Source: Mantamonas sphyraenae STR306 (taxonomy: Eukaryota > Protista > CRuMs). Taken from it: 64,000 nucleotides of DNA. This document shows, one piece after another, positions 1 to 11,700 of this stretch. Under the pieces are notes generated by a model. The model saw only the letters and a program-made list of their open reading frames with translations, was not told the origin of the DNA and searched no databases. Each line of letters begins with the position of its first letter. The first letter of the stretch is position 1. The position numbers and the translations under genes were made by a program. The stretch is from the NCBI GenBank assembly GCA_026936335.1, contig JAPMXV010000018.1, positions 124,001 to 188,000 of the forward strand. Direction: 5' to 3'.

Positions 1-125
1 AACTGACACCTTTTGACCCCGTTCCCCACCCACCTCGCGAACCTGTGTGTGTGAAATCCAATCACCCGCATGCCGTGTGTGTGTGTGTGCTTGTGTGCAA
101 TCACCCGACCACCACCCCACCACAG

Positions 126-511
126 CGGCAGCCAAGAAGAACGACGAAGACACAGACTACCGGCAAAAGTCGGACTATGGCAAGGTGCCAAAGTACCTGG
201 AGCGCGTGAAGCAGGAGGTGCAACAGGAGTACGACTATATTGCTGGATTGCAGCAACAGGTGCAGCAGGAGTACGAGCTGCAACGGGGCACAGCCACACG
301 GCTGCTGACGGAGGAGGAGAAGGAGGAGCTGCTGGCGGGTCTCAAGGCAAAGTGGGAGCAGGTGAACAAGCGCTACCAGACGCTGTCGTTCACGGTGGAC
401 ACGCCCGCCAAGATGGCACGCAAGGAAAAGTGTGAACTGCAGCTGGACCAGCTGGAAAAGGACATGGATAAGCTCAAGCGCAAGCATGTGTTTGTGCCGG
501 CAGATGTATGA
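126..511 (+). CDS. ENKUR: Enkurin (flagellar, calmodulin-binding); last exon, 5' part lies outside the window
   Basis: DYGKVPKYL...EYDY...LLAGLKAKWEQVNKRYQTLS..DTPAKMARKEKCELQLDQLEKDM resembles the enkurin C-terminal domain; CAG acceptor ends at 125; TGA at 509-511. Confidence 0.85.
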
Positions 512-627
512 TTTCACAGACACACCCATTACACACACAACACACACACACACACACACACACATCACACTCGAATGAAAGCGCGGCAGGCAGCCAAAAA
601 GAAAAACAACAATCGGCCCCGTAGTGA

Positions 628-2258
628 ATGGCAAAGAGGTTGGAAACAGTCAACGTGCCCCGAATGGGTCTGGGCAATCGATTGTACAGCAACATTAAGA
701 ATTCCAAGTACTTCCGCAAGGAATTGTACTCGTACGTGGACTTTAACCAGGTGGTGGACGAGATCTACAACACCGTGGAGTACATGGAGCCGTGGATCCC
801 CGGCACAGAGTACCCTTCGGGAGCGTTTACCCTTGTGGTGAAACTGGGCACGATGAATCTGACAGGTGCGTGTTGAGGAGAGAGTGAGGAGAGGGGAAAA
901 CGTGACGCTGTGACGCCTGACACCCCCCAACCCCCAAACCCGCCGTGCAGTCAAACAGACCCACTTGCTCATCAATCACCAGGACAGTCCGTACATTCGA
1001 GGTGTAGGCTTTGTCCTGCTGCGTCTTGTGCATCCGTAAGTGAAGCAGGGGCCTTGGAGTGACGCCTTTTTGTGCGGGGAGGTTGAGGCAAGGGCGCGCT
1101 TTCCGTCGCTGACACCCGACCACCCGTGTGCGCCACAGACCCAAGCAGCTGTGGGAGTGGTTCTCACCATTCTTTGAAGACAAGGAAGAGATCTACATTG
1201 GGGCCAAGGACAAGTCAGGCGTACCCATGGCTCACTTTGTGTATGGCCTTTTGTTTGAGCCAAAGTTCTGTGGTGAGGTGTTGCCGCGCATCCCAGTGCC
1301 TATCATGCGTCAGATGAAGAAGGACATGGATGCATACATGGAAGAGAATCCAGACTCTGTGCTTGCTGACAAACACCGCAGCAGCAGTGGTGGAGATGGC
1401 AGCAGGGACCGCGCACGAAGCGGAGGCAAGTATGGATCTCGCTCCTCGTCCTCCTCGTCCTCCTCGTCCTCCTCTTCACACACCTCGGACCGCCTGGATT
1501 ACGGTGGTCAACGTGGCAGACGTAGGGACGATGATGACTACCGCCGTGGTGGTGGCTACCACCACGACGAGCGAAGGGGGTATGAGCGTGGGTACTACGA
1601 CGACGATCACCACGATCACCATCGAAGCCGCCGCGATGGAGGCGCAGTTCGGTATGGCCGCGAGAGGGATTATTACGACGAGCGAGGCCAATACGAGCGA
1701 GGAGGGTACAACCGCCACGACGACGGATACAGGGGTCGCATGGATGGAGGATACCGTGAGGAGCGTGGTTACCCGCTGACATACGGTAAGCGTGGACGGT
1801 CGCCTTCGCCGCCGTCGCGCCAACAATCGGTTGGCAATGGGTCACAGTCACAGACGGCAACAGTGTTGTCCGAGTCGTCGACCGGCGCAAGTGATGCCCA
1901 GGGGAGTGGCAAGGCACCGGCCGAGGTGGCAAAGGAGAGGACACAGGAGGCAGCAGCACCAGTGGCTGAAACTGAGGCCCCACCTGCAAAGAAAGCCCGA
2001 AGTGCAGAGGAGGAGGCGGCGGCAAAGGCGTACCGTGCCTCGTTGATGGCCAAGTACAGCGGTGGAGCGAGCACAAGTACGGCTCCCACCTTGCAGACGG
2101 GACCTGTGGTGGAAGAGGAGGCAGTGACGGTGACGACTGTGGCACACCCGACCATGTCGCAATGGCAGAACCAAGTGCAGCAGCAGCAGCAGCAGCAGGA
2201 GGGGGAGGAGGGGGAGGTGGCACCATCCACGCAGGCGCCGTTGCAGCCAGGGAAATGA
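628..2258 (+). CDS. PRPF38B: Pre-mRNA splicing factor 38B-like; exons 628-865, 951-1035, 1139-2258
   Basis: NIKNSKYF..LY....QVVDEIY..VEYMEPW, H.DSPYIRGVGF, LWEWFSPFFED and LPRIPVPI motifs; two GT-AG introns with CTGAC branch sites restore the frame; R/D/G-rich tail. Confidence 0.9.
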
Positions 2259-3222
2259 GCAAGAGGAGCAGCAGCAGCAAGAAAGGTAAAATACATACAA
2301 AGCGTTGGATAGCATGGCGGGATGGAGACTTTGTACACACACATCCCGCTGGAAAGAGAGAGAGAGAGAGGGTGTGTGTGTGGTTGGGAGCCGAAGAAGT
2401 AATTAATCCGCTGACGCTGGGCGGACATGCACCGCAGGCGTGAGCCGCAAGCGCCGACAGCCCGAGCCCGAGCCCGAATCCGAGTCGGAGACGTCGGATT
2501 TGGAGCTGGAGGGCGAGCGAGAGGAGGAGGCATATGCGTCGTCGTCGGATGAGGACGACATGGTGGAGTTTGCCAGGGCAAAGAAGGGAGGCAAGTCGAG
2601 CAGCGGACGCAGCTCGAGCAGCAACAGCTCGGAGGGGAGCTCAAGCGGCAGCAAGGGCAGCAAGGGCAAAGCGGGCAAGAAGACACAGGGCAGCGATGCA
2701 GAAGAGGGCTCGGACAAGGTGCGCAAGGCCAAGAGCAAGGGCAAGAGTGTGCAGAGGCGCAAAAAGAGGAAAAAGGAAAGCCGAGAAGGGGTCATCTACC
2801 TGGGACACATCCCGCATGGATTCTACGAAAAGCAAATGCGATCGTTCTTTGAGCAGTTTGGAGAGGTGCGTCATGTGCGCATGTCACGCAATCCCAAGAC
2901 ACGGAAGGCACGTCACTATGCGTTCATCCAGTTTGAAGACCCTCGTGTGGCGCCCATTGTGGCGGAGGCCATGCACAACTACATGTTGTACTCGCAGGTG
3001 CTTCAGTGCCATGTGGTGCCTGCGGACAAGGTCAACCCGCGTCTGTTTGACAACGCAGACACGGTGATGGCCCACTACAAGTTCCGCAAGCAGCACGCCC
3101 TCAAGCACAACCGCCAGCGCACCGAGGAGGAGCAGAAAAAGACCGACCAACGACGACGCAAGCGTGACAAGAGGCGAAACAAGCGATTGGAGTCGTTGGG
3201 AATCGGATACAGCTTGGAATGA
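2255..3222 (+). CDS. NIFK: Nucleolar RRM protein NIFK/Nop15; exons 2255-2285, 2438-3222 (alternative in-frame ATG at 2162)
   Basis: GVIYLGHIPHGFYEKQMRSFFEQFG...RMSRNPKT..ARHYAFIQF....VAEAMHNYML RRM; intron GTAAAA(2286)...CTGAC...CAG(2437) joins MSKRSSSSKK in frame. Confidence 0.88.
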
Positions 3223-3225
3223 AGC

Positions 3226-4326
3226 CTATTTTCTCGCACCAGACGACGGAAAGCCAAAGCCACCCTCGCCGTTGCGCATGGCAGCCTGGAGCTCGACGGC
3301 AGTCATGGCCTTGGGCTGGGTAAAGTCGATGATGGAGCCAAAGAGCATGTGTTGCATGATGGGAAACTTGGCGGTGACTTCGCCCTCGTACATCTTGAAG
3401 AAGCCGCCGTTGATCTTCTTCCAGTGCACAACGCCGGCAATGCTGGTCAGCACGGGACTGGTTTCCTCAAACGGAGCCGTGTACTTGAGCTGTCGAATGA
3501 AACGCACACTGTCCATGTACATGTACTCGTCGGCAAACTGCTCCACCAGCGATTGTTTGAGGACGGCGGTGGGGGGCACCTCGTCGTCGTTGCCCCTCAG
3601 CTGTGCACTGCCAAACATAAACGGCAGGAATTGGTAATCGTCGAGGGACCACACGCCGTGGGAGCCACAGGGTTCGAGTTGGTAACGCAGTTGCACCTTG
3701 CGCACCAAGACCATGTAGCGTTGGAAAACACGCAGCACCAGGGCGGGCAGGTCGTGGTCTCCCACCACACCCAACTTGTACAAACAGAACAGAAAGTGCA
3801 CAAAGGTGCTTTCGTGGCCCGTGCCATAGTCCATGCGTTGGAAGTCGCCAAAGGAGGCCAGCAGGTACCCGCGCAACTCCTTCACCGCACCCACCGGCTG
3901 CACAAACTTGGCCAGCATCTCATCCACGTCACTGGCAATGGCCTCGTGCCAATCACGGTACGCTGGGTTGCCGTACCGTTGGGGCATCGACACCGGCTCC
4001 ACCTCCTCCGCGTGTTCATCCAGCCGCTCCAGCGTTGCCAGCACTCCGCTCACCGCCTCGCTCTCCTCCACCTCGCTGCTCAGTGGCATCCCAATCACTG
4101 CATCGTTCAACGCCGTCAGAAACTGCATAAACTCTGCGTACGTTGGCGACGCCAAATACGCCTCCAAGTCGCGCATGGACTTGATCTTCTTGCGGGGTTC
4201 CATGAAGCGTTCCTCCTGCTCCTGCTCCCCACCCTCCTGCTTTCCTTCTTCTTCTTCCTTTTCCCTCGTCTCCTCCACCTGCTCCTCGACCACCTGCTCT
4301 TCAACTTCCTGCTGCGATGATGACAT
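3226..4326 (-). CDS. PTPA: Phosphotyrosyl phosphatase activator (PP2A activator, Rrd1/2)
   Basis: QRYGNPAYRDW, SFGDFQRMDYGTGHE, YQLEPCGSHGVWSLDDYQFLPFMFGSAQL, KMYEGEVTAKFPIMQH. Confidence 0.95.
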   Translation of the reverse strand: MSSSQQEVEEQVVEEQVEETREKEEEEGKQEGGEQEQEERFMEPRKKIKSMRDLEAYLASPTYAEFMQFLTALNDAVIGMPLSSEVEESEAVSGVLATLERLDEHAEEVEPVSMPQRYGNPAYRDWHEAIASDVDEMLAKFVQPVGAVKELRGYLLASFGDFQRMDYGTGHESTFVHFLFCLYKLGVVGDHDLPALVLRVFQRYMVLVRKVQLRYQLEPCGSHGVWSLDDYQFLPFMFGSAQLRGNDDEVPPTAVLKQSLVEQFADEYMYMDSVRFIRQLKYTAPFEETSPVLTSIAGVVHWKKINGGFFKMYEGEVTAKFPIMQHMLFGSIIDFTQPKAMTAVELQAAMRNGEGGFGFPSSGARK

Positions 4327-4415
4327 GAGATGATGGGATGGCTCCGAATGCGCGCCTGCGCTGCCAAACACAAAAAGGGAAAAGGAGGTCATAAAACAAA
4401 GCGAACACACTCGTC

Positions 4416-7400
4416 ATGTCCTACGACAGCCCATCCACACGGCGCAAGTCGACGGACAAGGAGGCGTCGTCCGTGTTGGACATGTATCGAAACGAGGTGC
4501 GGCGGTCATCCACGGCGTCGGCGTCGGCGGCGGTCCTGATGCCCCAGGAAGTGTCGCACGGCTCCTCCGCGTTGCCATCGCCCAGTGTCAGCGAAAGCAA
4601 GGGCGCGGATTCAGAAGACACGGTGCTGGGCAAGCCGTTGCGCAGTGTGCGTGAGGATCCATACGAGGGGGTGGGCAAGAAAAGGCCTCGAAAGCAAGCG
4701 GCGACGAAACGGACGCGCTTCGGGTCCGGCACCGCTGTTCCCGAGACGGGCGACACACACTCGCCACGTCCACCCATGCACACAGCACACGATCTACCTC
4801 GTCAAACCTCCCCCGAGGACGAGGTTAGCAACTCATCAGGCACCAGTTCGCGTGCATTCACCATGGACGAGGCCGCTCGACAGGCAGCGATGCGGGCTGT
4901 CCAACGAGCCCCTTCGCTCACCCGCATCTATTCCCAGGCACAAAGCAAACATCCACGCCAGCAGCAGCCCAGGAACAGTCAACGGTCCATGTCCACCCTT
5001 TCCAACACAAACATGTGAGTGAAATGATACCCAAACACGCAGCCCCGGCGAGAAAACGGCCCGTTCCCCACGCACACAGCGTCCGCAGCGGAAATGACTG
5101 ACATGGCTTCTTTGGGGGGTTTTGGGGCATGGCAATGTTGCATGTGGCCATGGTGTGCACACAAATGTCCACACAGTCGCAGGAATACTATGCGAACCAA
5201 CAGCACATTGAGAGCCATCAACTCGCTGGCAGTGGCACGGCTGGAACGGTACTCCCAGAGCGAGTATGAACAGCGACTGTTCCACGCAAAGGTTCTCAAA
5301 GCCTTCCAGGAATTCGATGTCAACGGCGACGGCTTCATTTCCGCGGGAGAGCTGGGCGAGGCCCTGCAAGACTTGCAACGCATTTCCCAGCTCGGCCTGC
5401 GTTCGGAAACCGTCTCGCGGCTCTACAACGAACTGCAAGCGGACAGTGGCCACTCACGCGTGGACTACTCTGCGTTTGCGGCGGCGCTGGAGCGGGAACA
5501 TGTGCGTTCACAAAGGATACCCCACGCAGAGAGCGGAGTCACTCCGCTCCTGGAAGCCGCCCTCGGCGCCACAGAGACGGAAAGTGAAATGACAGACATG
5601 TCCCTCAGCACCATTGGTGACATTGGCGCCAACGACGCAGGTTCAACCGGTGCAGGCAGCCACGACGACAGAAGGCGCGTGCCCAGCGGCTGGAGTCTGG
5701 ATGTGGGCGCTTCTGGAAGCTTCAACAATAAGAAATCTCCGTCTCACGACGGACACAGCACAGGCGACGCACGGCATGGGCAGGACACATCGCCCAACGG
5801 GAAACAGGCAAGACGCAACCCATCGTCAGAGTCGGCGGCCAGTGCCATGCTGGCGGAGCAGCAATCGCTGAAGCGACTGCGGTCGACGGGGTCGCCGAGT
5901 TTGGCCTACAATCCAGAGGTGGCGCGTGCATTTTCTCTGTATGACCTGGACGGAGACGGCGAAATTGCAGTGTGGGAACTAGCCACCATTCTGCACACGC
6001 TGGGCAAAACCGCGTCCCCGGCCATGATCAACACAGTGATGATGGAGGTGGACCAAAACAACTCGGGCACGATTGACTTTTACGAATTTCTCCAAGTGTT
6101 CAACTTTATACACGAGGCACAGGAGCGCAAGCGGCAGGAACGTAGCAGCAGTCGCATGGATGCCGAGGTGGACACGAGCACGTTCAGCTTCCAGGTCATG
6201 GAGGTGTTTGGGTACAGCTCCATGGCCAAGATTCACGACATGGCCAAGGGTGCCTCGGCCTCCCTCCATTGGAATGTCTACGTGACCACCTTTCTCATGC
6301 TCATCTTCCTGCCCATCACCTTTCTGGTGTGGGTCACCGCCGAGACGCGGCAGTACCTGCACAACCGACGCGTGCGCAAGGAGAAACGCGCCTTTTGGAC
6401 GCATCTGCAGCAGGAAAGCGCACGTGCACGCCCCAACAGCGCAGACGCACCTGCCAACAAGATGACACACAACACCTCGTCTGTGTTTCCACTGGTGGGG
6501 AGCGATGTGACGGGCGATTCGAACGAGGACGAGGACGACGACGATGCCGACGGTGGCAATCCAGGCGCAGAGCGTGCTCCCAAGGGGAAAGGAGGAGCAG
6601 GCCATGGTTTGGACGACTTGGATGCAGACGGAGAGGGTGAGGCGGATGAGGAGCAGGTGCAGGAGGATAGGTGGCCCTTGTTGCAGTTTGCCATGTTTTG
6701 GGTGGTGGCTGGCACCGTGTATGCGGCTGTGTTGTTTTCACCCATTGCGTACTACGTGCGTTTGCCACCGGGCAATTACCGCACCGAGGTGTTTGGACCA
6801 CTGTTGCTGTACGTGATGAACTGCATCATGATTTCCGTGGCCATCGGCGTCGAGGACCAATCCTTCATGGTCAACTACGCCAAGATGCGACTGGCCTACC
6901 ACACTGTGGTGAGTTCGTTTGGCAACCGCATCCCGGCCATCGCTCTGGTGGAGATGTTGGAGCAGAAGAGCGATCTGGACGACCAGCAGCTTGCCCTGTC
7001 GCCCGAGGTGCGTCAGGCCATCCGACAGTTCAACACCGACGAGAACAACGCCACCCAATCCTGGCTGCGTCGCTCCCTCGTCATCAATTGGTTGCTTCCC
7101 CTGCTTGCGGCTGGAGGCCACATTGCCATCTTTCTGCTGCCTCGCTTCCAAGAAGGAGTGTCGTTCTGGCAGGGCCACTCGCTCAGCAACGACGCATACA
7201 ACATCTTCTACGCCAGCCTGCTGGGTATGTTTGTGCTTGTGATGGTGCTCATCCGCACACTGGTGATTGCCATCAGCGAGTATCACAAAGTGCTTGTGAT
7301 GGTGCGTTACTTCACCTCCTTCACCTCCGTGGACGGCCCCTGGCTCTACGGCCTGCCCTACGTCAACCTGGAGGTGCCACAGAACATCATGGCATGGAGC

Positions 7401-8705
7401 AAGATCCGTGCGTTTATTCAGAGCAAGAAGAAGATCAACATGCGCTCGCTGGAGGCGTTTTCGGGCTTTCTGCTGCTGGTGGACATCGTGCTGTGTATGT
7501 TTCTCATCCTGCCGCTCTTCTTTGACGACGTCAACCAGTCGGCACGCTTTTCCTTCACCCTGCTGATTGCCTTTGACGTGTTCACCCTCTCCATGCTCCT
7601 CATGGCCGTCATCATCATTTCCAAGAACGTCAACGTGGAGCTGCGCAAACACTCGGGCATCATCGCCCGCTTCAAGTACAAAATCAACGAAAAGATCGTC
7701 TTTCTGGTGGACAACACGAGCGCAGAGCGACAGGCACGCGGTCCAGCAGGAGGAGGACCCATGGGGGCAGGCCTGAACGACGCCGTGTTGATGCACAACG
7801 ACTCCATGGACGGCGACGTCATGGGAATGGGGCTCCATGAGTTGGACAGCACCGCCAGTGATGACGACATTCAAGAAATGATGATGGATGACGATGAGGA
7901 CGAGCACCGCAGAAACCTGCCCCGTGATGACAGCACAAGCGAGCGTGCGGCACGTGGCGTCACGGGCAAGGCGGCAAAGGCCACGTCGAGTCCCGTGCTG
8001 ACGGCAAGCGAGCCTGGATTGCGTCGTCGCGTGGTTGGGTATAGCAACAGCCGCGAGTCACGCGGGAGCGGAGGATCGCTGGGCAGCGTGGATGCAGCCA
8101 CGTTGGAACATTCGTCGTCGTCTCTGTTGGCAGGAGGTGCCGGAGCTGCCACAAGACCCACCCTGGCTGCAAGCGGCAGCGGGGCAACAAACATGAGCAA
8201 CAGGAGCGGTGGAACGTCGCCGGGTCTGGCAAAACATCTGGTGAACCCGGCCATGGATGTGATGTCGATTTCCATGCACGGACAGCGCACAGACAAGAGT
8301 GCTTCCATGGTGCGGTCGGTGTCGGCGACGTCGCATGGCAGTGGGTTGGGTGCAAGTGCGAGTGCGAGTGCGAGCGCCAGGGCAGGTGCAGGTGTGGGCA
8401 TGGCAGGCGACAGCCAGCAGATGGCAGGGTCTGCGGCGGATGAAATGGCTGCGGGACAGGCAAACAACGACTTTGCTTCGTCCGGCAGGGGCATCCGTTA
8501 TGCAGTGGACAACACTCCATCGGGCGATGCCAGGCAGCTGCGTATGTGTCATCAGCTGTTGGAAGATTTGGAAAAGGTGCTCAGCACAAGCGACACCTAT
8601 TTTACGCTGCTCGGCTTCACCCTGGACGACAAGTTTGTCAAGGCCCTCTTTGGCTTTACTGCATACGTGGTGGTCACTGTGTTGATTCGTGTGCTTGTGG
8701 AATAG
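4416..8705 (+). CDS. Multi-pass membrane protein with N-terminal EF-hands and a PHTF-like (7TM ion channel superfamily) C-terminal region; exons 4416-5014, ~5183-8705
   Basis: EF loops DVNGDGFISAGEL, DLDGDGEIAVWEL, DQNNSGTIDFYEF; several hydrophobic helices; LPYVNLEVPQNIMAWSKIRAFI and YFTLLGFTLD resemble PHTF1/2; intron GTGAGT(5015)...CAG (5176 or 5182, both in frame). Confidence 0.75.
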
Positions 8706-8714
8706 ATTGTGGGA

Positions 8715-11700
8715 TCACGTGCTTCCTTCCTTTCGTCGCATCGATTCTTCGATCTGCGCCAGTTTGGCTTGCATGGACTGCACGTGGTGTTCCAAACTCA
8801 CCACACTGCGGATCAGCTCTGCCTTGGGCGCAGATTCCAGCTCCTTCATGCGTGCGTTGAGCGCCGGTGTGCGCATCGTCTTTGTGGCCGTCTTCCCTCC
8901 CGTGGTGTTGCTTTGCCTCGTCGCTGTCGGTCGCGCTTGTCCCATACCACCCCCGGGTGTCTCTGGTGCCAGGCTGGGGGATGGTACAAGCGGCGTGCTG
9001 CTGCTTTGGCCGACGTGCTCCTCGTATTTGCGCATGGCATCCACAAACGCATCGATGCTGGCTACTGTCTCCAACGAGCCCAGCTCCGCACGTGTCTTGC
9101 TGGCCAAATGGCCCACTGTGTGAATGCCCACCGCCTTGAGGAGAGTCCAAGTGCTTGCGCGCACATTCATGTGTGGTCTCAACACCTTGATTGCCGCCTT
9201 GCTCTTCTTCAAAGACGGAAACACGCAGTTCAACGTGCTTGGCGTGTCATCAAAGTGTACCTTTTTGCCCTGTTTGCTTCCGCTGCTGCCCCTCGCCTGT
9301 GTGCCATCCTGTGTCGTTGCGTCCTCGTCCTCCTCTTCGTCCTCTGCCTGCGTGGGTGCGTCTGCGTCAACGCTGGCTCCTTCCACCTCCATGGCATGCC
9401 GTTGCTGCTCCTCACGCTCCCGCTCCTGCTGACTATCTGCATCCAGGGTTGTGTATGTCACCACGTCCGGGTGGTGGTTGCGCATCTCCAACTGATGTTC
9501 TGTCATTGCCCGTGGGTCGTTCAGTCGTGCGCGCTTCTTGTCGGAAATGATCACGTGCACGTACTCGTCTTCGTCGTCGTCGCTGCTATCGTTGCCAGCG
9601 TCGTCCACACTCACCACCTTGCGTTTGCGTCGTCCGCCACTCCCATCGATACTCGGAGGGGTGGTGGTGGTCACTTGCTGTCGCGACGCCACAGGCGATG
9701 ATGATGACCCATCTGCACCCGCACCCGCACCTGTGCCAGAACTTGCGAATCGTCGCCTGTCCCGTCGCACAATGGCAAAGTCTGCCCCATTCTGTGACTC
9801 GGAGTGGCTCAGCTCGTCCTGGATGGATTGGGTGCGATCCAACGCCACACCTTTGCCCTTTCCTTTGCCTTTGCCCTTGGTGTGGCTGCCACTGGCACGT
9901 GTGCGACTGCCATGGATGCGATCCACCCAGCCTGGGAGCGAGATATCAGTGCGCAAGGCAATCTCCCGCAACACAGACTGCAACTGTGCAGGGTACGCAA
10001 AGGAGCGCTCCTTCATGCGCCCAAACGTGTCCTGCCAGAAGCGCAACGTGACATTCTGGATCTTGCGGCTTCGATGCACCAACCCGTGGTGCACCAGCCG
10101 AGTGACCGACTCCAGCGTCGGTGTCTTTTGCTGTGTCTCCTTGTGCAGCTGTGTCAACGCAGCCACAAGTCGTTGCAGCCAGCGACACACACCTCGCACC
10201 AGCGGACGATGGGCAAGTGTTGCTTTCGACGACATCCATCGCTCAAGCGACCGCTGCATCGTCCTGTGGGTTGCCAACACCTTGGCAGTGCTTCCGCCGT
10301 GCTCAAAGAAGCCACCCATCACAACCAACAGCTTTTCGCTCATATCATACATGGCCGCGTGGTCTGGATCCGTGGCACCGGCATCCTCCTTCTCCACCAC
10401 CACCTCCTCATCATTGGCGCTTGTGCTGCTGCCGGGGATCTTGGGCTGACTGGGCTGTGCCATGGCATCCATGTAGTGTTGCGAGCCCAACGGCTGCGTA
10501 TCCATGGTGTCGATGTCATTGCCAGCACGCCCCCCCTCCCCCTCGTCGTCGTCGTCGTCCACCTCATCTTCGTCATCGTCATGATGCGCATCGAGACTGT
10601 GCAATTCCTTGCCCAGGAGCAAGGTGCCTCTTTCCTGGGCCAAGGCGTACGCTGTGTTGAGCTGGTCGACAAGAATGGTGTTGAGCATGCCCACGAGGTC
10701 CAGCAGGGGTTCGGCGTTGTTTGCACTGCTCGTGTTGTGGATGCGGTCCTGCATGGCCGACGAGATGACCAGGGTGCGTTGGATGGTTTCCACCATGTGC
10801 ATGAGCAGCGAAATGGCAGGTCGAGGCAGCTTGTTGCTGGGACTCGTTGACAGTTCTCGCGTCAGCGCACCGCCCAGATCGCGCAGATGGCTGTTTACAC
10901 CCTCGGCTGAGTTGCTGAGGGTGTCCAGCACGCCGTACAGCGACTCCCACCGTGCAAGCGCAGACTCGGACATCTCCATGTGTTGGTGAATGGCCAGGCT
11001 CACGGGAGTGCGCAGGATGTCCACAAAGACGCTGAATCGGCCGTTGCGAAACATGGCAATGGGCATGTTGTCCGAGGCCTCCATCAGAAACACACACATA
11101 TCCTCCCATGTATCCCACGCTGCCTCTTGTGCTCTCTCACTGCCAGAAAGCTGCAGATCTTGCATGTGTCGTGTGTGTGTGCTCAAATCCTCTTTGGACG
11201 GCGTGGGATCCAACCCGAGCAACGCCTGCAGTGTCTGCCGAACGCTGTTCTCCTGCTCATGCCTGGATTGGGCGATGCGCAACTTGAGCAAAAGGTGGAA
11301 CAAAGCCGAACGAAGGGTGCAGTGGGGTTCGTCGTCTGCCGCCGTGGATGCCATCGTGGTGGTGGTGGTGTGGGAAGATGCAGCGGCACCTCCTTGCGCC
11401 TTGGGTGCAACCATGTCTGGCACCAAGTCGCTCAGACGCATCTCGTAGTGTTCCAACGCATCGTGTGTGTCGTCCGTGGCGCCGGAGAGGCACTTGACAA
11501 ACACAGCGAGGACAGTGGAAGCCAGTGCAGGCGGCAGCGAATCGACACACCATGTCATGAAGGAGAGCAGCTTGGAGGTGTGTTCTCCCGTCGCATGGTG
11601 GCCCAGTACACTCAGGATGCGTGTGAAAACGTCTTCCAGAAGTGACACAATGCGAGGGTACCCGCGCACATCGTTGCTGACGTACTGAGAGGACAGCAGC

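Noticed and set aside
515-570. (CA)n and (GA)n tracts as regulatory elements or mobile-element remnants
   Set aside because: Simple microsatellites common in introns and spacers; no terminal repeats or transposase ORFs.
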